From: an uncultured Gemmatimonadales bacterium
GTDB taxonomy: Bacteria > Gemmatimonadota > Gemmatimonadetes > Longimicrobiales > RSA9
Assembly (NCBI GenBank): GCA_963798845.1
Contig: CAWCUS010000004.1
Location: forward strand, 384,001 to 448,000
Reading direction: 5' to 3'
Length of the DNA stretch: 64,000 nucleotides
Position numbers and translations under genes: made by a program. Below, in pieces: positions 47,738 to 58,796 of the stretch (position 1 is the stretch's first letter; each line of letters begins with the position of its first letter). Below the pieces are notes generated by a model, which had not been told where the DNA came from, made no database searches, and was given only the letters and a program-made list of their open reading frames with translations.

Positions 47738-47857
47738 AGGCTGGTGTAGCCCCCGCGGCCCGTGCTCTCGGGGGGTCGCGGGATCGTCACTGTCCTTGCC
47801 GCGTCCTGGCGCGGGCGCGCATGTTGGAGCGTCGAGAAATCCCCGCCTCCCCGCTCC

Positions 47858-49732
47858 ATGGACAATCCAGCCCCGCCGCGATACAGCCTTCTCGCCGAGC
47901 TGAAGCGTCGCCACGTATTTCGCGTGGTGGCTGGCTATGCGGCGGTCGCGTTCGCCACGCTTCAGCTGGCGGACGTGGTCATCGATCCGCTGGGGCTTCC
48001 GCAGTGGGCCATGCGAGCGCTGGTGGTGGCGACCATCGGGGGATTCCCCGTGGCTGTGGCGCTTGCGTGGTTCTTCGACATCACCTCCGCGGGCGTTCGC
48101 CGCACTTCGGACGTCGGCGACGCGGCGGGCGCGAGAGGGCTCTCGCGGCGCGCCCTCCTGGCCGGGGCGGCCGCTTCCGTCGTGGTGGCGGCGGGGGCGT
48201 ACGCGGTGGCGCGTCCGGCAGCGCTCGGTCCGGGTGACCCGCTGGAGTCGGTGGCCGTCCTGCCGTTCGTCGACATGAGCTCCGCGGGTGACCAGGAATA
48301 CTTCAGCGATGGGATGACGGAAGAGCTGCTGAACGCGCTCGCGAAGGTGGAAGGTCTGCGCGTGGCCTCACGGACCTCGGCCGCCCGCTTCCGTGGGCAG
48401 GACGTCGACGTCCGGGACGTGGGTCGTTCGCTGAACGTACGAGCCGTGTTCGAAGGAAGCGTGCGGCGGGACGGTGAGCAGCTGCGCGTGACGGCGCAGC
48501 TCATCGACGCCGCCACGGGATACCATCTCTGGTCGGAGGCGTTCGACGCGAAGCTCGAGGATGTCTTCGCCGTGCAGGAGCGGGTCGCCGGGGAGATCGT
48601 GCGGCGGCTGGGGCTGGAGTCCCGCGCTGGCGACGCGCAGGTGAACGCTGCCACCCGGGACATGGCCGCATACGACCATTATCTCCGTGGCAACTACCAC
48701 CTGGCTCGCCGGACCCCCGTGGACGTGCGGCGGGCGCTGCAAGACTATTCCGAAGCGCTGCGGATCGATCCTGGCTTCCGCAAGGCGATGCTGAGACAGG
48801 CGTACGCCTACGCCATCTGGGTTGACTGGGGCTGGCCCGACCCGCCGGCGTCGACGGGCGAGCTGATCCAGCGGGGCGAGGCGCTGGCCCGGCGGGCGCT
48901 GGCGCGGGAGCCGGACGACGCGGAGGGCTGGCTCGTCCGCGCCTATCTGCGCGTCGTGGCGGATCCATACGACATGGCGGGGGCGCCGGAGCTGTTCGAG
49001 CGCGCGGTCGGCCTCGCACCGACGGACCCGGAGATCCTCCACCAGTACGGCCAGACTCTGACGGCGCTCGGTCGGTTCGCCGAGGCCCGTTCGGCCTACC
49101 ACCGTGCGCTCGAGGCGGACCCACTCCGATCAATGACGCTCGTCCCCATGGCCGCGATGGACTACTACTCGCGGCGCTTCGACAGGTCGATGCGCTGGGC
49201 GGACAGCGCCGTGGCCGTGGACCCGGCGAATCCGTATGCACGGGCGCACCGGGCGGCCGAGCGGGTGACCGGCGGAGACGTGGAAGGGGCGCTGGAGGAC
49301 GTCGGCGTGGCGCTCGATGCAACGCAGGGCCACGCCGTCCCGGTTCTCGGCATCGCCGCCGTGGTCCACGCGGCCGCGGGGGACACGGCGGGCGCGCTCG
49401 ACTTCGCCGCTCGCGCGGAAGAGAAGGCAGGGGAGCGCATCAGCCCCACGGAAGGTTTCTTCCTGGGCATGGCGTGGACGCATGCCGGGAGGAAGGACAG
49501 GGCCATGGCCGAGCTGCGGCGGGTCGAGCCGAGGGGGGCCTGGCTCTGGTTCTACATGCAAACGCCGGAGCTCGATCCGCTGCGGGAGGATCGCTCGTTC
49601 GTGGAAATCGTCCGGCAAGCCGACCCGCGGACGGCCGCGAGCCGGGCCAACGGGCCGTTCATCGCCGGGCCGCTGCGCCAGGGTGCGGAGGACGACAACA
49701 CCCCGCAGCCCGTTCAGGCCGGCTCACCCTAG
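47858..49732 (+). CDS. Membrane protein with TolB-like (adenylate-cyclase-associated) domain and TPR repeats
   Basis: 'ELKRRHVFRV' 3-TM module, 'SVAVLPFVDMS...EYFSDGMTEELLNAL...LRVASRTS', 'GSVRR...LRVTAQLID', and TPRs. Confidence 0.85.
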   Translation: MDNPAPPRYSLLAELKRRHVFRVVAGYAAVAFATLQLADVVIDPLGLPQWAMRALVVATIGGFPVAVALAWFFDITSAGVRRTSDVGDAAGARGLSRRALLAGAAASVVVAAGAYAVARPAALGPGDPLESVAVLPFVDMSSAGDQEYFSDGMTEELLNALAKVEGLRVASRTSAARFRGQDVDVRDVGRSLNVRAVFEGSVRRDGEQLRVTAQLIDAATGYHLWSEAFDAKLEDVFAVQERVAGEIVRRLGLESRAGDAQVNAATRDMAAYDHYLRGNYHLARRTPVDVRRALQDYSEALRIDPGFRKAMLRQAYAYAIWVDWGWPDPPASTGELIQRGEALARRALAREPDDAEGWLVRAYLRVVADPYDMAGAPELFERAVGLAPTDPEILHQYGQTLTALGRFAEARSAYHRALEADPLRSMTLVPMAAMDYYSRRFDRSMRWADSAVAVDPANPYARAHRAAERVTGGDVEGALEDVGVALDATQGHAVPVLGIAAVVHAAAGDTAGALDFAARAEEKAGERISPTEGFFLGMAWTHAGRKDRAMAELRRVEPRGAWLWFYMQTPELDPLREDRSFVEIVRQADPRTAASRANGPFIAGPLRQGAEDDNTPQPVQAGSP

Positions 49733-50916
49733 CAGCCTTCGCCCGGCTCCCCGGCGGCGGACTCGACGCTGGCCCCCGCGGCCGCCCGACAGACGTAGGC
49801 GGCCGCCTGGTGCCCCGTGGCCTCCCGGTAGAGGCGGTTGACCTCCCGGGCGAACCCCTCACCCTGCGGGCCCTCCACCAGTGCGATCGCGCAGCCGCCG
49901 AAGCCGGCGCCGGTCATGCGCGCTCCGAAGCAGCCCGGCTGTTCGCGCGCGATGGCGACCATCGTGTCCAGAGCGTCGGTGCTCACCTCGAAGTCGGCAC
50001 GCAGGCTGGCGTGGCTGGCGTCCATGAGCGCGCCGAGACGGGCGACGTCGCCGGCGCCGAGGGCCTCCGCGGCCTCGAGCGTCCGGGCGTTTTCGGTGAT
50101 CACGTGCCGGGCGCGCCGGTAGACGGTCGGATCCAGCCGGTCTCTCGCCGCTTCCAGCCGCGCCGCGTCGGCGTCGCGGAGCGCGGGGACGCCCAGGCGG
50201 GCGGCGGCCTCGACGCACTGCCGGCGGCGCTCGTTGTACGCGGAGCCCACCAGTCCCCTGCGTGTGCCCGTGTCCAGGACCACCAGCGCCAGCCGTGATG
50301 GGAGCGGAGTGGGCGCGATCTGGAGCGTGCGGCAGTCGATGAGGAGGGCGTGGTCCCGCTCGCCGGCGGCGACCGCGAGCTGGTCCATGATCCCGGAGCT
50401 CACGCCGACCCACTCGTTCTCGACCCGTCGCCCGAGCGTGGCGGCTTCCAGGGGCTTCCAGGGCAGGTCGGCGAGCGCCGAGAACACGCGCAGGGTGGCG
50501 ATCTCCAGGGAGGCGGACGACGACAGTCCGGCGCCCACGGGCACGTCGCTGGCCACGACGCCCTCCCACCCCCGCAGCCGGCGCCCTGGCTCGGCGAGCG
50601 CCCACGCCACCCCCTTCACGTACTCGAGCCAGCCATCGCCGCCGCGGTGGAGGTCGGCGAGGTCGATGGCGCCCTCGTCGCCGAACTCGACGGAGAGGGC
50701 GCGCACGGTCGCGTCCTGGCGCGGGCGGAGCCCGATCCACAGCTCGCGGTCGATCGCGGCCGGAAAGACGAAGCCGTCGTTGTAGTCCGTGTGCTCGCCG
50801 ATGAGGTTCACGCGTCCCGGCGCGCGCACCAGGAGGTCGGGGTCGGCGGCGAAGCGCTGCCGGAATGCCGCCCGGACACGGTCGCGGGCGGACGGGGGTG
50901 CGGGCGTGGCCGTCAC
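49729..50916 (-). CDS. galK: Galactokinase
   Basis: 'APGRVNLIGEHTDYNDGFV', 'PVGAGLSSSA', 'GIMDQ', 'GARMTGAGFGGC'. Confidence 0.97.
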   Translation of the reverse strand: MTATPAPPSARDRVRAAFRQRFAADPDLLVRAPGRVNLIGEHTDYNDGFVFPAAIDRELWIGLRPRQDATVRALSVEFGDEGAIDLADLHRGGDGWLEYVKGVAWALAEPGRRLRGWEGVVASDVPVGAGLSSSASLEIATLRVFSALADLPWKPLEAATLGRRVENEWVGVSSGIMDQLAVAAGERDHALLIDCRTLQIAPTPLPSRLALVVLDTGTRRGLVGSAYNERRRQCVEAAARLGVPALRDADAARLEAARDRLDPTVYRRARHVITENARTLEAAEALGAGDVARLGALMDASHASLRADFEVSTDALDTMVAIAREQPGCFGARMTGAGFGGCAIALVEGPQGEGFAREVNRLYREATGHQAAAYVCRAAAGASVESAAGEPGEGC

Positions 50917-51064
50917 TCGACTCCTCCGTGGTCGCGGAAGCGGTGGCCTGCGAGCGGAAAAGGTAATGCTGGTGGGAGGCGTTCGCTCGTGCTAGCATGG
51001 TCCGGTCCGCACGGCGCGGACGCAACCGCGGCGACCCGCACACCGTCTCCCCACGACCTCTGCC

Positions 51065-52756
51065 ATGGACATCAACGCCCACCTGACGTTCATCGACTAC
51101 GCCATCCTGCTGACCTATTTCGCGTTCGTGCTCGGGATCGGCTGGATGCTGAAGCGGTACATGAAGTCCTCCACGGACTTCTTCCTGTCCGGCCGCAGCA
51201 TCCCCGCGTGGGTAGCCGGTCTGGCGTTCCTGTCGGCCAACCTGGGGGCGCAGGAAGTGATCGGGATGGGCGCATCGGGCGCCAAGTACGGGATCGCCAC
51301 GAGCCACTTCTACTGGATCGGCGCCATCCCGGCCATGGTCTTCGTGGGCCTCTTCATGATGCCGTTCTACTACGGCTCCCGCGCCCGCAGCGTCCCGGAG
51401 TACCTGAAGCTGCGCTTCGACGAGAAGACCCGGGCCTTCAACGCCGGCTCCTTCGCCGTGATGACGCTCTTCTCGTCCGGGATCTCCATGCACGTGATGG
51501 CGGAGCTGCTCCGCCTGCTGCTGGGCTGGAACTACAACTTCAGCATCGCGATCTCCGCCCTCATCGTCCTCTTCTACATCTTCCTGGGCGGGCTGACGTC
51601 GGCGATCTACAACGAGGTGCTGCAGTTCTTCCTCATCGTGCTGGGCTTCATCCCGCTGGTCTACATCGGGCTGCGCGACGTGGGCGGCTGGTCCGGCATC
51701 GTCGCCCGGCTCCCGACCAACATGGTGCACTCGTGGAGCGAGATGGGGTCGGCGTCGGCGAATCCGATGGGCGTGGAATGGTTCGGTCTCATCTTCGGAC
51801 TCGGCTTCGTGCTGAGCTTCGGGTACTGGTGCACCGACTTCCTCGTGGTCCAGCGGGCCATGGCCGCGGACTCCATGAGCTCCGCACGACGCACCCCGCT
51901 GATCGCGGCGGTGCCCAAGATGCTGTTCCCGTTCCTGGTCATTGTCCCCGGCATCATCGCCATGGCGCTCACGCAGGGCGGCGGACTGTCCGGCTACACG
52001 CTGCCCATGAACGCCGCGGGGACGGGCTACGACTACAACATGGCCATCCCGTCCATGCTCCTGCACTACTTCCCGACCGGGCTGCTGGGCATCGGGCTGA
52101 CCGCGCTCATGGCCTCCTTCATGAGCGGGATGGCGGGGAACGTGACGGCGTTCAACACCGTGTGGACCTACGACCTCTACCAGTCCTACGTCCACAAGGG
52201 CGGAACGGACGAGCACTACCTGTGGATGGGCCGCGTGGCCACGGTCGCCGGGATCGCGCTCTCCGTGGTCACGGCGTACCTGGCGTCGGCGTTCAACAAC
52301 ATCATGGACATGCTCCAGCTGGTGTTCGCCTTCGTGAACGCGCCGCTCTTCGCCACCTTCCTGCTGGGCATGTTCTGGAAGCGGACGACGGGGCACGGCG
52401 CGTTCACCGGGCTGCTCTCCGGAACCCTGGCCGCCGCCCTGCACCACGGCCTCACGATCTCGGTCGGGAACACGGCCGGGGTAAAGGGGGCCTGGCTGGG
52501 CGGGGTGCTCCACACGTACCCGAGCGAGATGGCGCAGAGCTTCTGGACCGCGATCTGGGCGTGGTCGGTGTGCTTCGTGGTGACGATCCTCGTGACCCTC
52601 GTCACGCGACCGCGACCGGACAGCGAGATGGTGGGGCTGGTGTATTCGCTCACCGACCGGCCGGAGGCGGAGGAGATCCACTGGCACCAGAAGCCGGCGG
52701 TGCTGGCGGTGCTCGTGCTCGCGTTCGTGGTCGTGCTGAACATCATCTTCTTCTGA
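51065..52756 (+). CDS. Sodium:solute symporter (SSS/SGLT-like), probably a sugar transporter
   Basis: 'DFFLSGRSIPAW', 'SVPEYLKLRF', 'GGLTSAIYNEVLQ', 'YWCTDFLVVQRAMAA'. Divergent from galK. Confidence 0.93.
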   Translation: MDINAHLTFIDYAILLTYFAFVLGIGWMLKRYMKSSTDFFLSGRSIPAWVAGLAFLSANLGAQEVIGMGASGAKYGIATSHFYWIGAIPAMVFVGLFMMPFYYGSRARSVPEYLKLRFDEKTRAFNAGSFAVMTLFSSGISMHVMAELLRLLLGWNYNFSIAISALIVLFYIFLGGLTSAIYNEVLQFFLIVLGFIPLVYIGLRDVGGWSGIVARLPTNMVHSWSEMGSASANPMGVEWFGLIFGLGFVLSFGYWCTDFLVVQRAMAADSMSSARRTPLIAAVPKMLFPFLVIVPGIIAMALTQGGGLSGYTLPMNAAGTGYDYNMAIPSMLLHYFPTGLLGIGLTALMASFMSGMAGNVTAFNTVWTYDLYQSYVHKGGTDEHYLWMGRVATVAGIALSVVTAYLASAFNNIMDMLQLVFAFVNAPLFATFLLGMFWKRTTGHGAFTGLLSGTLAAALHHGLTISVGNTAGVKGAWLGGVLHTYPSEMAQSFWTAIWAWSVCFVVTILVTLVTRPRPDSEMVGLVYSLTDRPEAEEIHWHQKPAVLAVLVLAFVVVLNIIFF

Positions 52757-52768
52757 CGGGACGGAAGC

Positions 52769-53044
52769 ATGGGACTCGACATCCGCACACCGATCGGCCT
52801 CATGTTCACCATCCTCGGGGTCATGGTGACGGGGTACGGCATCTTCTCCGACCGCGCCATCTACGAGCGCTCGCTGGGCATCAACGTGAACCTCTGGTGG
52901 GGCCTCGTCCTCCTCGTCTTCGGCCTCATCTTCCTCTACTTCGGGCGACGCGGGGGCAGCGCCATGCGCTCGGCCGCCACGACCCCCGAGGGCAGAGCGA
53001 CGGAGGCGAGGGAGCACGCGACAGGGGAGGAGCGGGAAGGGTGA
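52769..53044 (+). CDS. Small 2-TM membrane protein accompanying the SSS transporter
   Basis: 'MGLDIRTPIGLMFTILG...GINVNLWWGLVLLVFG', 12 nt after the SSS stop. Confidence 0.8.
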   Translation: MGLDIRTPIGLMFTILGVMVTGYGIFSDRAIYERSLGINVNLWWGLVLLVFGLIFLYFGRRGGSAMRSAATTPEGRATEAREHATGEEREG

Positions 53045-53124
53045 GGGCGTGGAGCGGGGCGGACTTCCGCCGCCCCGCGCGGCCTTCGCGCTTCCGCGGG
53101 CTGGCCTGAAAGGACGCCCCCGGG

Positions 53125-56100
53125 TCAGGCACCGCCCCGAGGCCGCACCCGCACCGGGTCGGCCGGCTCGGGCTTCAGCACGGTCGGGTTCTCCCGCAGC
53201 ATCTTCATGGCCTCGGCCACGGCGCGCTCGAGCTGCGGGTCGTGCCCGGCGATGACATCCGCGGGCGTCTGCTCCACCTCAATGTCCGGGGGCACGCCCT
53301 CGTTCTCCACTGCCCACTTGCCGTCAGGGTCGTAGAAGCCCGTGCTGGGGGCCGACATGTGGCCGCCGTCCACGAAATCGGGCTCGCCGCCGTGGCCCAC
53401 CAGCCCGCCCCACGTGCGCGTGCCGATCATGGGGCCGATCTCCATCTGGTGGAACATGTACGGGAACATGTCGCCGCCGGACCCGCTCATCTCGTTGATG
53501 ATGAGCACCTTGGGGCCCCAAATGGCTGCGGCGGGGGCGGTCACGGCGCTGTAGCGGTCGCCCAGCCGCTGGTTGAAGTAGCCGTGCAGCTTGCGGCCCA
53601 TGATGTCCACCATGTAGTCCGCGATGCTCCCGCCGTGGTTGAAGCGCTCGTCGATCACGGCGCCCTGCTTGTCCTGCTGGGCGAAGTAGTAGCGGTTGAA
53701 GCTGGTGTAGCCGCCCTGTCCCGTGTTGGGCACGTAGACGTAGGCCAGCTTTCCGCCGGACAGCTCGTCCACCTTGCGACGGTTGGCTTCGATCCAGTCG
53801 CGGGTCCGCAGCCCCCCCTCGTTCGGGATGGGGACGACGGTGACCCAGCGGGCCCCTTCCTCCGTCGGCCTCTCGTTCACCAGCAGCCTCACCTGGCGTC
53901 CCGCGGTGCCGACGAACGGCGCGTAGAAGTTGGTCGGGGGGGTGATGGCCTGGCCGTCCACGGCCAGGATGTAGTCGCCCTCCTTCACGTCCACGCCCGG
54001 CGCGGAGAGGGGTGCCTGGAGGTCCGGGTTCCAGTTCTCGCCGGTGTAGATCTTCGCGATGCGGTAGCGGCCGTGGTCCACGGCGATATCCGCGCCGAGG
54101 AGGCCGGCGGGGGACGCGTCGGCGTCGGGCATGTCGCCGCCGCCCACGAAGCTGTGGCCGATGGCCAGCTCGCCCTGGAGCTGGTCCAGAAGCTGGTTGA
54201 GGTCGGCCCGGTGACGCACGTACGGCAGCAGCGCAGCGTACTGCTTCTGGATGGCCGGCCAGTCCGCGCCGTGGAGGTTCTTGACGTACAGGTAGTCGCG
54301 CTCGATGCGGCCGGCCTCGCGGAAGATCTGCCGCCACTCCGCCTGCGGGTCCACGTCCGCCTTGAGCGCCTGCGTGGAGAGCGCGCCCTTCCCGCCAGAT
54401 GGCGGAGCGCCCGTGGCGTCCACCACGAACCAGCGGTGGGTCGGCCGCCCCCTGTCGTTCGCCGCCTCGTACAGCAGCTTCTTCCCGTCCGCGGATAGCG
54501 CGTACTCCGCCGCGACGGAGCTCACGAAGTCCTCGGCCTTCCGCTCCGCGAGGTCGTAGCGGTGGAGGATGATTCCCTGGTTCGGGACCCGCTCGAGGTA
54601 GTAGAGCTTGCCGGCCACCCCCGCCTGGAGCCGCCGATAATCCCGGTTCGGCACGTCCAGCGCCAGGATCCGCTGCGAGAGCCCGTCGAAGTCGATGCGG
54701 ACGGGCGATGGAGCATCCCGGCGGGCGCCGGCGGCGCCTGCTCCGGCGCGACCGCCGCCGCTGCGCGCTGCGCCGGTGCCGTCCCCGGCGCGGCCGCCGT
54801 TCGCCGGCGAGGCGGTGTCGCCGGGCTCGTCGCCCGGCTCGGGGAGGATCGGCGAGGGCTCGTCCTTCGGGAGGACTGCCAGGTAATGCCGCGGCGGACG
54901 GGGCGGTCGTAGGAGCTCATGTCGAGCCAGCCGGTGTTGAGCGCCCAGTCGGTGGAGGAGAGGAAGAGCAGGTACTTCCCGCTCCGGTCCCACGCGGGGT
55001 GTATGGCGTCGGCCATCCCGTCGGTCACCTGGTGGCTGGTGCCGTCGTCCAGCGAGTGGACGAAAATGGCGTGGTACTGCGATCCCGGGAGCCGCTTCTG
55101 GTACGCGATCCAGCGGGAGTCGGGGGACCACGTCGGCGCCAGGTCCCGGTCCGGCCACGTGTAGTTGTCCTGGTCCACGTCGGTCACCTCGCCCGAGGCC
55201 AGGTCGATGTAGCGCAGCGTCACCGCAGCGTCGCTGAACAGGATCCGCTTCCCGTCCGGTGACCACGCGGGGGAGTAGAAGTAGCTGGGGCGCGGGATGT
55301 CGTACGCCTTCGGCGCGGTGGTGCCGTCCTGGTCGCCCACCATGAGCCGGTACTCGCCGCCCTCGTCGCTGAACCAGGCCACGCGCTTCCCGTCCGGAGC
55401 CCACACGGGGGAGCGGTCGGCCACGTCCGAGGAGCGCGTCAGGTTCCGCCACGTCCCCTTGTCCGCGGGCACCGTGAAGATGTCGCCGCGCGCTTCGAAC
55501 ACGGCGCGCACGCCGGTGGGGGAGAGCTGCGGCCCGGTCAGGGCATCGCCCACGTCCTCGGCGTGGGGCATGGCCCACGGGAAATCTCCCGTCGCGCGGA
55601 TGTCGAGCTTGGCGTCCGTGCCGCTGGCCGGGTCGTAGAGATGGATGTCGCCAGCCTGCTCGTACACCACGGCGCCGGCCCCCGCGTTCACGCTCTCCAC
55701 CTCGAAGTCGGGATAGCGCGTGATCTGCTTCAGCTGTTTCGTGTCGGTGTCGTAGGCCCAGACGTTGTTCGTCCAGTCCCGGTCGGAGATGAAGTAAACG
55801 GTCCTGCCGAGCCACACCGGCTGCTGGTCCCGGCTGTCGGTCCACGGGACCTTCGTCAGGGAGTGGCTCTCCAGGTCCAGCACCCGGATCGGCTGGTTCT
55901 GCCCGCCCCTGTAGTTCCGGAACTCGTTCTCCCAGGGACGCACCATCTGGTACGCGACGAGCCTTCCGTCCGGCGACACGTCCCCGGCCTGCGCCCGCGG
56001 CACCACCAGCGCTTCGGGCATGCCCCCGTCCACCGCCACCGTCCAGAGCTTCGGCTCCCCGTCCGGGACGCCGGTGCGGGTGGATACGAACACCACCTTC

Positions 56101-56462
56101 TTCCCGTCGGGGGTCCACCCGCGCACCGCGTCCGGCCCGGGGTGCCACGTCAGGCGACGCGGCTCGCCTCCGTCCACGGGCTCCACGTAGACGTCGGGGT
56201 TCCCGCCGTACTGGCCGGTGAACGCCAGCCACTTGCCATCCGGCGAGAAGTGGGGGTCGCTCTCGACGGTGGGCGACGAGGTGACGCGGCGGGCATCGCC
56301 GCCGGCGCGCGGCGCGATCCAGATGTCGCCCGCGTACGCGAACGCCACGTGGCGGTCGCTGACGTCGGGCTGGTGGAGGAGGCGGGTGGACTGGCCCGCG
56401 GCAAGCGCGGGAACGAAAGCAACGGCAGTCGCCAGGACGGCCGGAAGCGAGCGCCACGACAT
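53125..56462 (-). pseudogene. Tricorn protease homolog (S41, beta-propellers plus PDZ) with a 1-nt frameshift near 54885
   Basis: Signal peptide, 'TRLLHQPDVS..HVAFAYAGDIW', PD40 repeats. The C-terminal frame has 'EWRQIFREA', PDZ, 'IDERFNHGG', catalytic 'NEMSGSGGD' and 'GTRTWGG'. Junction GGC ATT ACC TGG would read G-I-Y-L with one extra base. Confidence 0.9.
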
Positions 56463-56614
56463 GGGCAGTTCCTCGGGGTGCAGGTTACCGGGGGTGGATT
56501 CCGAAGGATAAGCCCCGGAACGTGGACGCGGCAAACCGGAACCGCCACGGGAACCGCTCACCGGGCGAGCGGGAACCGGACGGGGGCGGCTCGGAACGTG
56601 CGCCGGGGGTGGGC

Positions 56615-57325
56615 ATGGGATCCATTGCTTCGGGGGTGTCGGCGGCGTTCGGCTGGGTCGGCTCGGCCATCGCGACGCTGATCGCGGCCATCGGCTATGG
56701 CGGCGTGGTCCTGCTGATGGCAGTCGAGAGCGCGGGCGTGCCGATCCCCTCGGAGGTGATCATGCCGTTCGCGGGGTCGCTGGCGGCCCTGGGGCGGCTG
56801 GACGTGTGGCTGGCTTCGCTGGCGGGTGCCGCGGGCTGCGTGGTGGGGTCGGTGGGCGCCTACTTCATCGGCGCCTACGGCGGCCGCGCGTTCCTCGAGC
56901 GTCACGGCCAATGGCTGCTGATCACTCGCCGTGACCTGGACGTGGCGGATCGCTGGTTCTCCCGACACGGCGCCGCGTCGGTCTTCTGGGGCCGGCTCAT
57001 GCCGATCGTGCGCACGTACATCTCGTTCCCCGCAGGGATCTCGCGGATGCCGTTCGGCCGGTTCGTCCTCTACACGTTCCTCGGCTCGCTCCCGTGGACC
57101 GGAGGGCTCGCTTACGCCGGGTACGTCCTGGGCGAGAACTGGGATGCGGTGAAGCCGTACTTCCACGCAGCGGAGGTGGTGGTGACCGTGCTGCTCCTGG
57201 CCGCCGCCGCGTGGTGGGTGTGGCGTCACCTGAGGCTACGGAAGGCGGAGCGGGGAGAGCGCGTGCAGGGGCCCCCCGAGAGCGGAGCTACGGGGGCGCC
57301 CGTGTCCGGGGAAGGCGACGCGTGA
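56615..57325 (+). CDS. DedA family membrane protein
   Basis: 'LMAVESAGVPIPSEVIMPFAG' and 'WFSRHG...GRLMPIVRTYISFPAG'. Confidence 0.92.
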   Translation: MGSIASGVSAAFGWVGSAIATLIAAIGYGGVVLLMAVESAGVPIPSEVIMPFAGSLAALGRLDVWLASLAGAAGCVVGSVGAYFIGAYGGRAFLERHGQWLLITRRDLDVADRWFSRHGAASVFWGRLMPIVRTYISFPAGISRMPFGRFVLYTFLGSLPWTGGLAYAGYVLGENWDAVKPYFHAAEVVVTVLLLAAAAWWVWRHLRLRKAERGERVQGPPESGATGAPVSGEGDA

Positions 57326-57442
57326 GCGCAGGCCGCGGGTCGCAACGTGGCTCGACGGGCTGGTCAAAGGATCGCGTTTGCCGACGGTCCCCGGCCGCCG
57401 CATGTTGGGGCGCGCACTGAGTGATCCTCGGAATGACACGTG

Positions 57443-58780
57443 ATGCAACGCGAACGATCGCGCCGCCGCGGCGCATTGACATACATCATCTTCCTGCTCC
57501 TGTCCTGCGCGTTGGCCGCATGGCCGGCGGTGGGCGAGGCGCAGGCAGGCTTGCCGGCGGGGCTGCGCGTGTATCTGGATTGCCAGAACCGGGTGCCCGG
57601 CTGCGATTTCGACTACCTGCGCACCCAGATGGACTGGGTCGAGTGGGTGAGGAATCGGCAGGACGCCCTCGTCCATGCGCTGATCACCACTGACCCGACG
57701 GGCGGCGGCGGACGCGCCTACTCGATGAGCCTGATCGGCCGTGGCGAGTTCGAGGGGCGCTCCGACACGCTCCGGTTCGCCTCGCCGCCGGCGACCACGG
57801 ACGACGAGGACCGCCAGCTGCTCGCCCGCTGGCTGCGCATCGGCCTGGTCCCTTTCGCCGCGAGGACCGGGCTCGCGCCCGGGCTGGACGTCTCCTACCG
57901 CGGGGATGGCGCCGCCGTGGCCCGGGTCGAGGCGCACGACCCGTGGAACGACTGGGTGTTCCGGCTGCGCGCGGGGACCAGCCTGGACGGCGAGTCGCTC
58001 CAGCGGAGCAGCGAGGTGGAGGGGAGCATCGACATCAACAGGGTCACGCGCGAATGGAAGGTGGAGCTCGGACTCGAGGGGAGCTACGACGACAGCCGCT
58101 ACACGCTGGATGACGGGTCCACCACCCGTGCCCTGCAGCGCGCCTACCGCCTGGACGGCATGAGCGTGCGCGCCCTGGGGGCGCAGTGGTCGGCGGGGCT
58201 CGTCGGCTCGGTGAGCTCGTCCACCTACTCCAACCTGCGGCTCGCGGCGCGGGTGGCGCCCGGGATCGAATACGACCTGTTCCCGTACGACGAGTCCACC
58301 AGCCGGCAGCTGACTTTCCTCTACACCCTCGGACCGGCCTTCCGCGAGTATGACGCGGTCACGCTCTACGGCAAGACCGGGGACCGGATCCTCGACCACA
58401 CGCTGAACGTGGCCCTGGCGCTCAGCCAGCCGTGGGGCAGCATCTACTCCTCGATCGAAGGGCGCCAGATCCTGCACTGGAGTCCGGACGCCCCGACCGC
58501 CGAGGCGGCCGCGCAGGCGAGCACCGCGAAGTACCGGGTGACGTGGCGAGGCGACGTGGAGGTCAATCTCCTGCGCGGCCTCGCCCTCGACCTGCGCGGC
58601 CGCTACAGCCGCGTCCACGACCAGATCACGCTTCCCGCGGAAGGCGCGACGAACGAGGAGATCCTGCTCCAGCTGAGCGAGCTCCAGACGGACTACACGT
58701 ACCACCTGTCCGTCGGGCTGAGCTACACGTTCGGGTCGATCCACAACGCAGTCGTGAACCCGCGCTTCGACGCCTACTGA
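57443..58780 (+). CDS. Hypothetical outer-membrane beta-barrel protein
   Basis: Signal peptide. N-terminal 'VYLDC..CDFDYLR' domain, 'DPWNDWVF', amphipathic strands, C-terminal 'GLSYTFGSIHNAVVNPRF'. Confidence 0.7.
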   Translation: MQRERSRRRGALTYIIFLLLSCALAAWPAVGEAQAGLPAGLRVYLDCQNRVPGCDFDYLRTQMDWVEWVRNRQDALVHALITTDPTGGGGRAYSMSLIGRGEFEGRSDTLRFASPPATTDDEDRQLLARWLRIGLVPFAARTGLAPGLDVSYRGDGAAVARVEAHDPWNDWVFRLRAGTSLDGESLQRSSEVEGSIDINRVTREWKVELGLEGSYDDSRYTLDDGSTTRALQRAYRLDGMSVRALGAQWSAGLVGSVSSSTYSNLRLAARVAPGIEYDLFPYDESTSRQLTFLYTLGPAFREYDAVTLYGKTGDRILDHTLNVALALSQPWGSIYSSIEGRQILHWSPDAPTAEAAAQASTAKYRVTWRGDVEVNLLRGLALDLRGRYSRVHDQITLPAEGATNEEILLQLSELQTDYTYHLSVGLSYTFGSIHNAVVNPRFDAY

Positions 58781-58796
58781 ACGGCAGCCTTCACCC

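Noticed and set aside
47858..49732. TolB-like/TPR protein as a defence or cyclase system
   Set aside because: It has no cyclase, kinase, TIR or NTPase domain and looks like a common signalling-type membrane protein.
56522..56600. Repeated GGAACC motifs between tricorn and dedA
   Set aside because: Short and irregularly spaced; they cannot be told apart from chance in GC-rich DNA.
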